From assembly GCA_963736645.1 (NCBI GenBank), contig CAVTPJ010000004.1, forward strand, positions 154,663-218,662: DNA of 64,000 bases, in the 5' to 3' direction. Under the pieces are notes generated by a model, which was not told the DNA's origin, ran no database searches, and saw only the letters and a program-made list of their open reading frames with translations. Made by a program: the position numbers and the translations under genes. The DNA comes from an uncultured Thermoleophilia bacterium. GTDB lineage: Bacteria; Actinomycetota; Thermoleophilia; UBA2241. Shown here one piece after another: positions 52,865 through 63,299 of this stretch; positions within the stretch are counted from its first letter, which is position 1; each line of letters opens with the position of its first letter.

Positions 52865-53893
52865 GGTCGGTCCGCTGGGCCGATGTCCGCCCCGGCCGGC
52901 TCGCTGTCCCAGTGCTCGCCAGTGGGCGCAATGTCTTCCGCAACCAGGCCGGCCGCGTTGGTAGCCTTCACCTGTCCGTCCGCAGAGATCGGCGTCAGTC
53001 CGCGTCCAGCACCACCAGCTTCCACTCGTCCCAGCTTCGCCAGAAGAGGATGAGTCTGCCGTCCGGTGACCAGCGGGGCTTCGTGTCGTCCACGTCGGGG
53101 CCCACCGTGAGCTGTCGCCGGCCGCTCCCGTCGGGGTGGATCACGAAGAGGTATCGCGGCCCGTTGAAGTCGTCGCCGAGCGGCGAGCAGTAGACGATCC
53201 ACCGCCCGTCGGGGGACCAGTCAGGGTAGGTCGCGCTGGTGTGGTGATACGCGCGGCTGACACCCTCGGTGATCTGCCTCGATCCGGGTGCCGTCCGCGC
53301 GCATGACGACCAGTTCGCTGTCGCCGTGGTTGTCGTAGGACTCGCAGACGATGCGCTTCCCGTCGGGGGACCAAGCCGGGAAGCGCAGCCGGCGCGAAGA
53401 TGGGGTGACTCGGTGCATCCTGCCGCCGTGGGAGCTCACGGTGAACAGGGTCTCTCGGGCGCGCACCCGGAGCGGTGAACAGGATCGTCCCGCCGTCGGG
53501 CGACCACACCGGCCCGTAGGCCTCCGACGCCCACGGGCGTCAGGCGTTGCGCGGCGCCGCCGTCGGTAGCCGACGATGTAGACCGCGGTGTCGTCCCCGT
53601 CCTGCCGCCAGCCGGTGAAGGCGACCTGCCCGCCGTCGGGCGAGAACGCGGGGAACTCGGCGACGTCGACGCCGGGGGTCGCGAGGCCTTGCCGGTCGCC
53701 CCCGGCGGCGGTCGTCTTCTCGAGCGACCTCGATCCAGTGCACCGGTCCGTCGACCGCCTTGGTGACGCTGAGGACCACTGGGTAGGCCGCCGCGCCCTC
53801 GATTGTGGCGGTGTCAGCAGTTCGCTGCTCAAGCGCGCAGCCTGACAGCGCAACGACGGACAGCATGAAGAGGATGACAACGAAACGCTGGAT
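52861..53893 (-). pseudogene. TolB/PD40-repeat lipoprotein, heavily frameshifted
   Basis: LSGC lipobox; PAFSPDG, WSPDGG, PAWSPDGK repeats across frames. Confidence 0.65.
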
Positions 53894-54180
53894 GGCCCCT
53901 CCGACGCTTCGGTGGACAGCCGCGATGATAGCCGCCCGCCTCTCCGGCGGCGCCTGACGGATGTAAGGCTATCGCTATGCACCCCCTGCCCCGCCGCCGG
54001 CGCTGCGTCCAGGTGCACGTGCGCTGCTTCCGGCGCCACGGGTACCGCATCGTCGGGCACCACAACGGCACTTACGTCTATCTGGGCAAGATGCAGCCGC
54101 ACAGAAGGCCGCGCCCGGGGTCGGAGGCAATGCCGGGCTCTTGGACTACCTGCCCGAGCCCTCTCGCCGTTCCCTGAGCG

Positions 54181-55176
54181 TCACTCGACCACGATGACGA
54201 TGTTGCCCACCTTCTGCTCCGAGTCGGCGTACCGGTGGGCGTCCGCCGTCTGCTCGAGGGGGTACCGCCGGTCGATGACGGGCCGGAGCTCGCCGGCCTC
54301 GATGAGCTCCGTCACGGCGCGCAGGTGTTCGTCTGCGACGGCGCCGGAGCTGAAGACCAGCTTCTTGTCGCTGGTCAGTGAGGCCCAGAGCCCGCGGATG
54401 AGCTGGGCCGTGTGGGGGTTGGCCACCACGTAGCGTCCGCCGGGACGGAGCAGGCGGGCGATGCGGCGGAACGGCGCCTTGCCGACGACGTCGAAGACGA
54501 TGTCGAAGTCCCCGGCGTCGTCCCAGAAGTCCCCCGCCGTGTAGTCGATGACCTGGCCGGCGCCCAGCTCGCGGAGCATCTCGAGCTTGCCGCCACTGTC
54601 GACGGCGACCACCTCGGCGCCGGCATGTCTGGCCAGCTGGACCGCGTAGGTGCCGAAGCTGCCGCCGGCGCCGACGATGAGGACCCGCTGGCCGGCGGCG
54701 ATGCCGGCCTTGCGGAGGAACCGGAGAGCCTCCATGGCGCCGTAAGGGACGGCGGCGGCCTCGTCGTAGCTCAAGGTCGCCGGCAGGGGCGCCAGGACGC
54801 TCCCGACGCGGCGCCCGCCGGCGCACACGAACTCGGCGTAGGCGCCGAGGGCCATGCCCGTCGTGCCGTAGACGCGGTCTCCCGGCGCGAAGGAGGTCGT
54901 CCCGTCGCCGACGGCCTCGACCTCGCCGGCGAACTCCTGGCCGAGGATGCGCTTGCGCGGCCTGAAGACGCCGAACGCGAGGCGGATCGGGAGCCAGACC
55001 CACGCCGGGAACTCGAACTTGCGGATCTCGCAGTCCGCGCGGGAGGCGGTCGTGGCGTGGACGCGGACGAGTACTTCGCCGGCCCCGGGACGTGGCGTCT
55101 CGACCTCTTCGAGCCGGAGGACTTCCGGGCCGCCGTATGCCGTGCAGACGATCGCCTTCATGACGGCGCCGTCCAC
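54181..55176 (-). CDS. NAD(P)-dependent MDR-family oxidoreductase (quinone reductase-like)
   Basis: MKAIV..YGGPEVL, GQEFAGEVEAVG, GAGGSFG, VIDRRYPLEQ. Confidence 0.9.
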   Translation of the reverse strand: MDGAVMKAIVCTAYGGPEVLRLEEVETPRPGAGEVLVRVHATTASRADCEIRKFEFPAWVWLPIRLAFGVFRPRKRILGQEFAGEVEAVGDGTTSFAPGDRVYGTTGMALGAYAEFVCAGGRRVGSVLAPLPATLSYDEAAAVPYGAMEALRFLRKAGIAAGQRVLIVGAGGSFGTYAVQLARHAGAEVVAVDSGGKLEMLRELGAGQVIDYTAGDFWDDAGDFDIVFDVVGKAPFRRIARLLRPGGRYVVANPHTAQLIRGLWASLTSDKKLVFSSGAVADEHLRAVTELIEAGELRPVIDRRYPLEQTADAHRYADSEQKVGNIVIVVE

Positions 55177-55224
55177 CTACGCGCCGTTGCCGGAGTAGCT
55201 GTCGTAGGCGATGAGTCCCTTCAC
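55177..55224 (-). other. 15-codon flavodoxin-like N-terminal mini-ORF ending in TAG, in frame with the MDR gene
   Basis: GGGAGG RBS, GTG-KGLIAYDSYSGNGA-TAG-GTG GAC...ATG AAG. Confidence 0.55.
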
Positions 55225-55528
55225 GTGCGCCTCCCGTGTCGTCCCGTCGGGCCTGCACCAGACTACCTCGAACCCACGGCGGCCTGAACGGAGGTACTGC
55301 CCCGGGAGGAGCTGCGGCGCACCGTGGAGGCGGCGCGCGCTGGGGCAAGTCCCCCGGGCGGGATGTGTCCGGCGCGTCCGCGGCGCTGGCGGCCTACCTG
55401 CGCACGATCGGCTCCGAGTGGTGGCGGAGGCAGGCAGGGTGTTCAAGATACCGACGACCCAGGCTTGAGGTGACGTACAATGCGGGCGCCAGAGCGTGCG
55501 GCTCTCAGGACGAAGTGGGAGGTGCGAC

Positions 55529-55828
55529 GTGAGCCTGCAGATCGATGTCGACGCACAGGGATTGGCCGCCTTCTGCCGGCGCAGCGGCATCCGCCGGCTC
55601 TCGTTCTTCGGCTCGGTGCTGCGTGAGGACTTCGGTCCCGGGAGCGATATTGACGTGCTGGTCGAATTCGCTCCCGATGCCGGGGTCGGCCTCTTCGAGT
55701 TCGTCGATCTGCAGCGCGAGTTGGGCGAGCTCCTCGGACGCGAGGTCGACCTGCACACGCCGGCCAGCCTCAGCCACTTCTTCCGCAAGGACGTCGTCGA
55801 TTCCGCCGAGGTGGCATATGCCGCATAG
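55529..55828 (+). CDS. Minimal nucleotidyltransferase (MntA-like antitoxin)
   Basis: FFGSVLREDFGPGSDIDVLVEF...LLGREVDL. Confidence 0.9.
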   Translation: MSLQIDVDAQGLAAFCRRSGIRRLSFFGSVLREDFGPGSDIDVLVEFAPDAGVGLFEFVDLQRELGELLGREVDLHTPASLSHFFRKDVVDSAEVAYAA

Positions 55829-56168
55829 GCGCGACAGCGTCTTCATCGCGCAGATGGTCGAAGCCGCCGAAGCCGCGCTTGAGTTCAGCACGGGCACACA
55901 GCCGAGAGCTTCGCCTGCTGATCGGCTGGTCGGCTACGCAGTGATACGCGCGATCCAGCTGATCGGCCAGGCGGCGCGGAGTGTCTCAGCGGAGATGCAG
56001 GCGGCACATCCGGAGATTCCTTGGCGCGAGATGATTGGGATGCGCAACGTCGTCGTGCACGACTACGCCGACGTCGACCTGACGCTTGTCTGGAAGACCG
56101 TGCGCGAGGACTTGCCGGGCCTTGTCGAGCGGCTGAATGTGATTCTCGAAGAGGGCAGCGACGCCTGA
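55818..56168 (+). CDS. HepT-like (DUF86) toxin
   Basis: IPWREMIGMRNVVVHDY..VD...VW; overlaps the MNT gene. Confidence 0.85.
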   Translation: MPHRRDSVFIAQMVEAAEAALEFSTGTQPRASPADRLVGYAVIRAIQLIGQAARSVSAEMQAAHPEIPWREMIGMRNVVVHDYADVDLTLVWKTVREDLPGLVERLNVILEEGSDA

Positions 56169-56270
56169 ACCCCTGCGTGGGTCTGTTCGCGGACTCAAGG
56201 AGCCCCACCCGCACGAGGGACTTGACAGCCCGTGGCTCGTCCGTGGCCGCGCAGGCCTCACGCCATTTGC

Positions 56271-58560
56271 CTACTGGTCGACGCTCTCCAGCCCCATGGC
56301 CTCCTCCAGCGCTCGCCTCACCAGCGCCTGGAGGATCTGTCTCTTGTAGCGGTTGCGCCGGAGCGGGCTGGCGTTCCTGCACGGCCGCCGCGGCCGCTTC
56401 GCGGCAGAGGGAGAGGCTGGGCTCCTGCCCGACCAGGCAGCGCTCCGCCTCGATGAGGCGCAGCGGCATCGGCGCGACGGCGCCGGCGCACAGGCGGGCC
56501 GCGACGATGCGCGTCTCGTCCATCTCCAGCTGCACGGCGAGGTTCACGATGGGGAAGTCGATGGACTTGCGCTCCCTGAACTTCTTGAACGCGCCCCTGG
56601 CTGAGCCGGTGGGGAGTGGGACGCGTACTCGCAGCAGGATCTCGTCCGGCTCGAGGACGGTGGAGCCGCCCTGCGCTGCCGCGAACAGCTGCTCGGCGTC
56701 GAGGGTCCGCGCCGTGGTCTCGACGCGTCGCTCCGAGGGCGATCGAGGGCGGGCGCCAGGTCGGACGGGGAGACCGCGATGCAGCTGCAGTCGAGGCAGC
56801 GCCTGGCCTCCTCGAGTACGTCGTCCCGGCGGGACGTGCGGCCGGGGCTCTCGTCGTCGACGGCGAGCAGGGCGGCCGGCTGCTGCGCCGGGCGCTCGCG
56901 GGCCGGAGCGCTCCGCGCCGTCTTCGGCGGAGAGCAGCCGCGCGACGGAGTCGGCCGCGCTGCGCCCGGAGGCGATCGCCTCGACGATCGTCGCCGGGCC
57001 GGTCGCGGCGTCGCCGCACACGACGGTGGGATGGGGCGAGGCCGCCGAGCCACAGGAGCGGTCGACCCGCTGGCCGACGGCCATGACGACCTTGCCGGCG
57101 GGCACGAAGTCACGCTCCGACTCGTCGAGCGTCGGGCAGAAGGCGCCGTGCTCGTCGATCACGCTCGTGCAGCGCACCAGGTCGACGCCGGTCACGGCGC
57201 CCGACTCGATCCGGACGGCGCGCGGCCCCCACTGCTCCCGCAGCCGCACGCCGGCCTCGAGCGCCTCGGCGATCTCCTCCTCGAAGGCCGGCATCTCAGC
57301 GCGCGACTCGAGGCAGGCCATCGTCACAGAGGTCGCGCCGCGCGCGAGCGCGGTCATCGCGGCGTCTACGGCGACGTTGCCGCCGCCCACGACGAGCACC
57401 TCGCCGGCCTCGCGCCAGTCGGGCGCGAGCGCCGCGTGGCGCAGGTAGTCGAGGCCGGAGACGGTCGCGTTCTCGCCCTCGACGCCGATGCGCGGAGACT
57501 CCCAGGCGCCGCAGGCGACGACGACGGCGTCGTGCCCGGCCTGCAGCTCGTCGAGCGAGACCGCACCGCCGACGTCGACGCCGCAGCGGAACTCGACGCC
57601 CAGCTGCTCGAAGAGCCCGATGACGTCACCGACCACCTCGGGCGCCAGCCGGAAGGGCGGGATGCCGAGCGCGAGCATGCCGCCGGCGCGCTCCTCGCGC
57701 TCGAAGACGGTCACGGCGTGGCCGCGCCGACGGAGGAAGTACGCGGCCGAGAGGCCGGCCGGCCCCGAGCCCACCACGGCCACGTGCTTGCCGGTCGCCG
57801 GCGGCGCGGAGCCGAGGAACACCTCGGGGTGGGCCAGCGCGTAGTCGCCGACCTCGCGCTCGAGGCTGCGGATCGAGAGGGCCTCGTCGAGGCCGCAGCG
57901 GTTGCAGCCCTGCTCGCACGCGTGCGGGCAGACGCGGCCGGTGATCGCCGGCAGCGGGTTCTCGCGGAGCAGCAGACGGGCGGCCTCCTCCATGTCGAGC
58001 CGCCGCAGCGCCTCCAGGTAGATCGGGATGCCGTTGTGGTTGGGGCAGGCGACGACGCACGGCGGGTCGACCACCCGCGCCGAGCCGAAGATGGAGTGGT
58101 AGCGGTTGTCGCCGACGGCCGCGGCGCAGAGCTCGCCGCCCTTGCGGTGGCAGTGGAAGGTGTCGTCGGGGTAGCGGTAGTACCAGCAGCGCGTCTCCTG
58201 GCAGAGGTTGCCCCCGACGGTGCCCATCTCGCGCAGTTGCGGTGAGGCGACGGCGCGCGCAGCCTCTGCAAGCAGCGGCAGGCGCGCGTTGACGAAGTCG
58301 TCTCGCGCCAGGTCGGCGAGGCGGGTGAGCGCGCCGATCACCACCTCGCCGTCGGCCTCGCTGATGCCGTCGAGGCCGGGGATGGTCTTCAGGTCGACGA
58401 GGAGCACCTCGTCGTCGTGGCCGTGGACGCCGGCCTTGAGGGCGCCGTAGATGTCGGTGCCGCCGGCCAGGAGGCGCGCTCTGCCGGAGCCGGCCCGCAG
58501 GAGCTCCTCGGCCTCCGCCACGCCGGCGGCCGCGCGGTAGTCGATCCGCACCTCGCTCAT
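56271..58560 (-). CDS. XDH-family FAD subunit with an inserted GltD/PreT-like [4Fe-4S]+FAD/NAD(P) module (frameshifts near 3' end)
   Basis: LAGGTD, SPQLREMGTVGGNLCQETRCWYYR; insert PPCVVACP...GRVCPHACE..C, GSGPAG, GGGNVAVD; then PSDLAPAL, RKSIDF. Confidence 0.85.
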
Positions 58561-60970
58561 GGCTGCGCCTCCGGTTCCCGGCGAGATCGGGCGACCCAGC
58601 GCCTCCAGGACCTTCTCGGGGGTGATGGGCAGCTCGCTGAGGCGCACGCCGAGGGCGTTGTGCACCGCGTTGGCGATCGCGCCCGGCGCCGCTGTGACCG
58701 CCGACTCACCCAGGCCGCTCGCCGGGTGGTTGCCGGCGCCCTGCCACACCTCGAGCGCCACCGGCTCGACCGGCGGCGCGTCCGCCAGCGTCGCCATGCG
58801 GTAGTCGACCCAGTTGAAGTTGAGGGGCAGGCCGGTCCGTTCGTCGTAGACGATCTGCTCGAGGAGCGCCTCGCTGGCCGCCATGGTCACGCCGCCGACG
58901 AGCTGTCCGTCGGCGCCGGCCCGGTACATGACCTTGCCGCAATCGGTCGCCTGCACGAGCTGGACGACCTCCACGGCCCCGGTCTCGGTGTCGACCTCCA
59001 CCTCGGCGAAGCACGCGGTGAAGGGGCAGCCCGTGACCTGCGCGGGAGGGAGGTCCTCGACCTCGACCACGATGGAGCCGAGGTCGGACTGCTGCAGCAG
59101 GATGCCGGCCAGCGGGCGGCCGTCGTCCGGGCCGCCGCCCCAGAAGACCCGCCCGCGCGCGCACGTCGACCTCGTCCTCCGGCGCCTCGAGGAGGCGCGC
59201 GAGGTGCGCCACCAGCTTCGCGCTTGAGCTCCTCGGCGGCCTTCGGCATCAGCTCGGCCTGCAGGTACGAGACGGCGCTGTCGGTCTGCACCATGTCCTT
59301 CAGGCCGCGGTCGGTGTCGGTGTGGGCGAGGTAGGTGATGTCGGCGGCGCCGACGCCCAGGAAGGCGAGCGCGTCGGCGCAGGCGAACACGGTGCAGCTG
59401 CTCGAGCCGGTCCCCGTCTCGGCGGTGGGGGCGTCGAGCACCACCGACCCGTCCGGGTTGAGCGTCAGGCGGACCTGCACGCGGCCGCGCGGGATCTCCT
59501 GCCAGGCCGCGTGCCAGGTGTTGTGGACCGACATGCCGAGGCCGCGCCGCTTGCGGTCCGGCGCCGGCCCGGCCGCCGGCTCGGCCGCCGGTCCGCCGGC
59601 GCCGCGCGGCGCCGGTCCCAGCCGATCCTGCCGGCGCCCTCGCGCAGCACGGCCGCCAGGCTCTCGTCGGGCCGGGAGACCCACGGGTTGCCCATGTTCT
59701 TGAGGGCGACCTCGACGGGGTCCAGGTCGAGGCGCTCGGCGACCTCGTCGAGCAGCCGTCCCCAGGCCAGGTTGAGCTCGTTGTTGCCGATGCCACGCTT
59801 GACGCCGCCGGGGATCGTGTTGGTGTAGACGCAGTAGGCCTCCATGCGCAGGTTGGGGATGGGCGCCAGCGAGAGCTCGGCGACCTCGCGCGGCACCTCG
59901 TCGGCGGCGCCCATCGTGTCGTCGGCGTAGGCGCCGGCCCGGCTGTACGCCTTGGTGTGCAGCGCGAGGATCGTGCCGTCGGCACGCGCCCCCGCGCGCA
60001 CCCGGTAGAGGACCGGCGAGCGCGTGTCGTGGAAGTCCTGGCGCCGGTCCATCCGGTACAGCACCGGGCGGCCGCCGCAGCGCCTGGCGAGCAGCGCGGT
60101 GAACACCAGGAAGGGCTGGTCCGCCTCGTTGCCGCGCCCGAAGCTGCCGCCGATGTACGGGTTCATCACGCGCACCTTGTTCAGCGGCATCTCCAGCATG
60201 TTGGCCAGCGACATGCGCGGCTGGTCGGCGGCGTAGTAGCTCGTCCAGCAGGTCAGGCGGTCCCCGTCCCACTGCATCATGCAGCCGCGCGTCTCGAGGC
60301 AGCCGTGGTCGGGGTTGTGGTACGAGGTCTCGAACTCCACCTGCACGTCGGACTCGGCGAACCCCTGCTCCACGTCACCCCGCTCGAGGAACGTCGGCCC
60401 GGTGAGCGGCGGCGGCGGCGGGAAGGTGTTGCCGTCCGGGTTGATCTCGGGGTGCACCAGCGGGGCGCCGGGCTCCATGGCCTCCCACAGGTCCAGCACG
60501 AACGGCCTCTCCTCCCACTCGACGTCGAGCGCCGCGAGCGCCGCGTCGGCCGCCTCTTTGGTCTCGGCGGCGACGACCACGCCGACCTCGTCGCCGGCCC
60601 AGTGCGCCGTGTCGCCCAGCACCCGGCGGTCGCGGTAGGAGGGCCAGGACATGCGCTCGTAGGACGCGGTGTAGAAGGGCGTCCAGCTGGCGTTGGTCGG
60701 CTTGAGCCCCCGCACCTCGTCGTCGTCGCAGGTCAGCACGGCGACGACCCCGGGCATGGCCTCGGCGCGGCTCGTGTCCAGGCTGACGATGCGGGCGGCG
60801 GGATACGGACTGCGCAGGCAGCTGGCGTACAGCAGGCCCTGCGCGCGCATGCCGACGGCGAGGTCGGCCAGGTAGTCGGCGCGGCCGCCGGCCTTCTCCA
60901 GGGCGTCGATGCGCGGTGAGTACGAGCCGACGAACGGGGCGGCGCCGGCGGCCGGGTCGCTCTCGTCCAC
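58557..60970 (-). CDS. Xanthine dehydrogenase-family molybdopterin-binding subunit (frameshifted)
   Basis: LRSPYPAARI, IGGSFG, ETGTG, AEVEVDTETG, GQLVGG, GLGESAV. Confidence 0.88.
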
Positions 60971-60973
60971 GGC

Positions 60974-61602
60974 CTAGACCTCCGCCTCGGGCGCGGCAGG
61001 CGCGGCGTCGGCGGCGGGTCGCTGGCCTGCTCGCCGGCCATCCGCCCCGCCCTCACGACGGCCTCGACGATCCCCGGGTAGCAGCCGCAGCGGCAGATGT
61101 TGCCGGCCATGCCCTCCACCACCTGCTCGCGGGTCGGCTGCGGCGTGCGCAGCAGCAGCGCCTTGGCCGTCATCACCATGCCGGGGGTGCAGAACCCGCA
61201 CTGCAGCGCCGTGCCGTGCCCCGGCTGCGCCTGGGTCGCGAAGGCGACGATCAGGGGATCGTCCTCGCCCAGTCCCTCGACGGTGAGCACGGAGCAGCCG
61301 TCGGCCTCGGCGGCCAGGGTCATGCAGCTGAGCACCGGCCGCCCGTCCAGGACGACGGTGCAGGCGCCGCAGGCGCCCTGGTCGCAGGCCACCTTGACCC
61401 CGGTGAGCCCGAGGCGCTCGCGGAGGACGGTGGCCAGGGAGTCGCCGGCCGCGTAGTCGCGCCCGGCGACGAGCTCGTGGTCGCGGCCGTTCACGCGCAG
61501 GCGCGTGACACCGTGACGGCGCGCGCCGTGGAACGGCTCACCGACCACGCGCGCTGCGCCGGCCTCAGCTCGGTCCTCATCTCCACTCACGGACTGTGCC
61601 AC
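60974..61602 (-). CDS. XDH-family 2x[2Fe-2S] subunit
   Basis: TGVKVACDQGACGACTV...SC, QCGFCTPG, GNICRCGCY; start uncertain, tail frameshifted. Confidence 0.9.
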
Positions 61603-61712
61603 CTCCCTCGACGACCGCCTTCATCATCTCGGTATCGTATCAATGCTCCTGGCGGGTGACGGGGCAGGTGCGGCCGGCGGTCGCGTCGCATCGCGGACGC
61701 CGCTCGCGCTGT

Positions 61713-62642
61713 TCAGGAGTGACGGTCGGCGTTCGAGAACGAACCGGAGGCCCACGCCGCCGGGAGTCCGTCGAGAGTCGCTGCAGGGTCGTCCAGGCAT
61801 CCGGGCCCGACTCCACCTGTGACAGGCGCACGCCGACCTGCTCGAAGTCGCCGTGCAGGTCGCGCAGGATCGCCGATGCCTCGACCGTCCGCACTCTCGC
61901 CGTCAGCCGGTCTGCTCGCGCGTGCGCCCGTGACGAGGCCCTCGAGCACGCGGAAGATGCTGCTCCACCGCGGCCAGGACTCTGGCAGGCCGCCCGGCAG
62001 GGAGGTGAGCCACTCGACGTCGGCCAGTCCGAACAGTCGCTGGTTTCGCAGTGTCTCCACTCGAAGCAGCCCGGCTACCCGCAAGGCGTCCATGGCCTCC
62101 GCGACGTTCCTCTTGGTGTAGCCCGCGTCGGTCGCGACGTCGGCCGCCGAGAGGCGCGCCGACGGATCGGCCAGGAAGGCTCGCGTAGACCTCGTCGCGT
62201 GCACTCACGCCGAACAGGGCGCGCAAGCGCAGCACCACGAGCGATGGAGCTGTGAAGTCGGCGACGGCTGAGCGCTGCGTGCGCGCGTAGGGACGGGCTT
62301 GTGTCGCGCGGGCCGGTGGCTCGGCCAGCGCAGGTTCGCGTGGGCGTTCACCGTCGCCGCCAGGCCGGCGAGGGTGGCCCGCACCTCCGGCGTCTGGGTC
62401 GACAGGAGGTTGCGCAGCCTCGCCGCCGAGACGTAACGGCCGTACGCGATGCACCAGTCGGTCGCCTCGTCGCGCAGCCTAGGGTCCGCGTCGCCGAGGA
62501 ATGCGGTGAACAGGATGAGCCGCTCGGGGTCGATGGCGTGGGAGGTGTGGTTGCGCTGCCATCCCGAGACGCCCATCTCCGCCCAGAGGCTCCACGCGAG
62601 GGCGGTCGCGGCGCCTGTGAGGCGCTCGCTAGAGGTCGGCAT
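61713..62642 (-). CDS. Hypothetical protein with a C-terminal HTH (frameshift ~62200); partner of the nucleotidyltransferase
   Basis: LAWSLWAEMGVSG...DPE.L...DPRLRDEATDW; LRLRALFGV; ADVA.DAGYTKRNV..AMDAL. Confidence 0.6.
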
Positions 62643-63213
62643 CGTCGCGCCTCCACACCCAGGTCCCGGAGCGTCCCCAGGAGCATATCTCGGTAGCCCT
62701 CCGAGGGATCCTGGCGTGCGGCTCGGATCCAGCCGCGGACAGAGCTCACCCGGGTCGGGTCCAGCCGTCGCAGGTCCGCGGCGTGCTTGCTCCGGCTGTC
62801 CTGCTCACCGCCGCGTAGAGCTTGAGAGCAGATCTGGGTCGAGACGCCCAGCCACCTGAAGAGTCAGCCCTCTGTAGGATCTGCGCTGCACGCGCTGCTC
62901 GAACCCTTCGGGGAGGCCGAAAAGCGGAGAAGCTCGTGGGCCCCGGGTTGAGCCAGTCGTCCGAGAGTCCCAATGCCCGTCCGACGTTCGTGATCGCCTC
63001 TTTGAGGGGGAGAGGAAGAGGTCGGCCGTGATGTACGTGCCATTCTCGACGAGGGCGAGCGCGTCGAGGTCCTTCGTGGGGGCGCTCGACCAGCCCCAGC
63101 AGCATGAGCGCGCGGCCGCCGACCGCAACGATCTTGTACGTCAGGCCACGAGCTGCGGGCTCCCCCAGGGTCGCCAGCGCCGCCCAGAAGTCGGCTGTCG
63201 ATGTCCATGTCAT
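62629..63213 (-). CDS. DUF6036-like nucleotidyltransferase (frameshifted)
   Basis: VAVGG.ALMLLG...R.TKDLD, DWLNPGP, GLPEGFEQR, LKLYAA across frames. Confidence 0.65.
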
Positions 63214-63248
63214 GTATGTTACATTCTCGATTCGAGAATGCAACATAC
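63214..63248. promoter_or_regulatory. 35-bp AT-rich inverted repeat abutting the start codon (putative operator)
   Basis: gtatgttacattctcga-t-tcgagaatgcaacatac, one mismatch in 17-bp arms. Confidence 0.75.
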
Positions 63249-63299
63249 TCAGTCGTTCATCTGGAGTTCGAGCGGCCAGCGGCTCGCCTTTTCGTCGGC

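Noticed and set aside
58550-58600. Genuine fusion of the Mo and FAD subunits (in frame in the ORF track)
   Set aside because: A GGAGG RBS and ATGA overlap mark a separate start; an indel is more likely
56271-61602. Selenocysteine or Pyl in the XDH-family subunits
   Set aside because: No in-frame TGA or TAG was seen at conserved positions in the homologous frames
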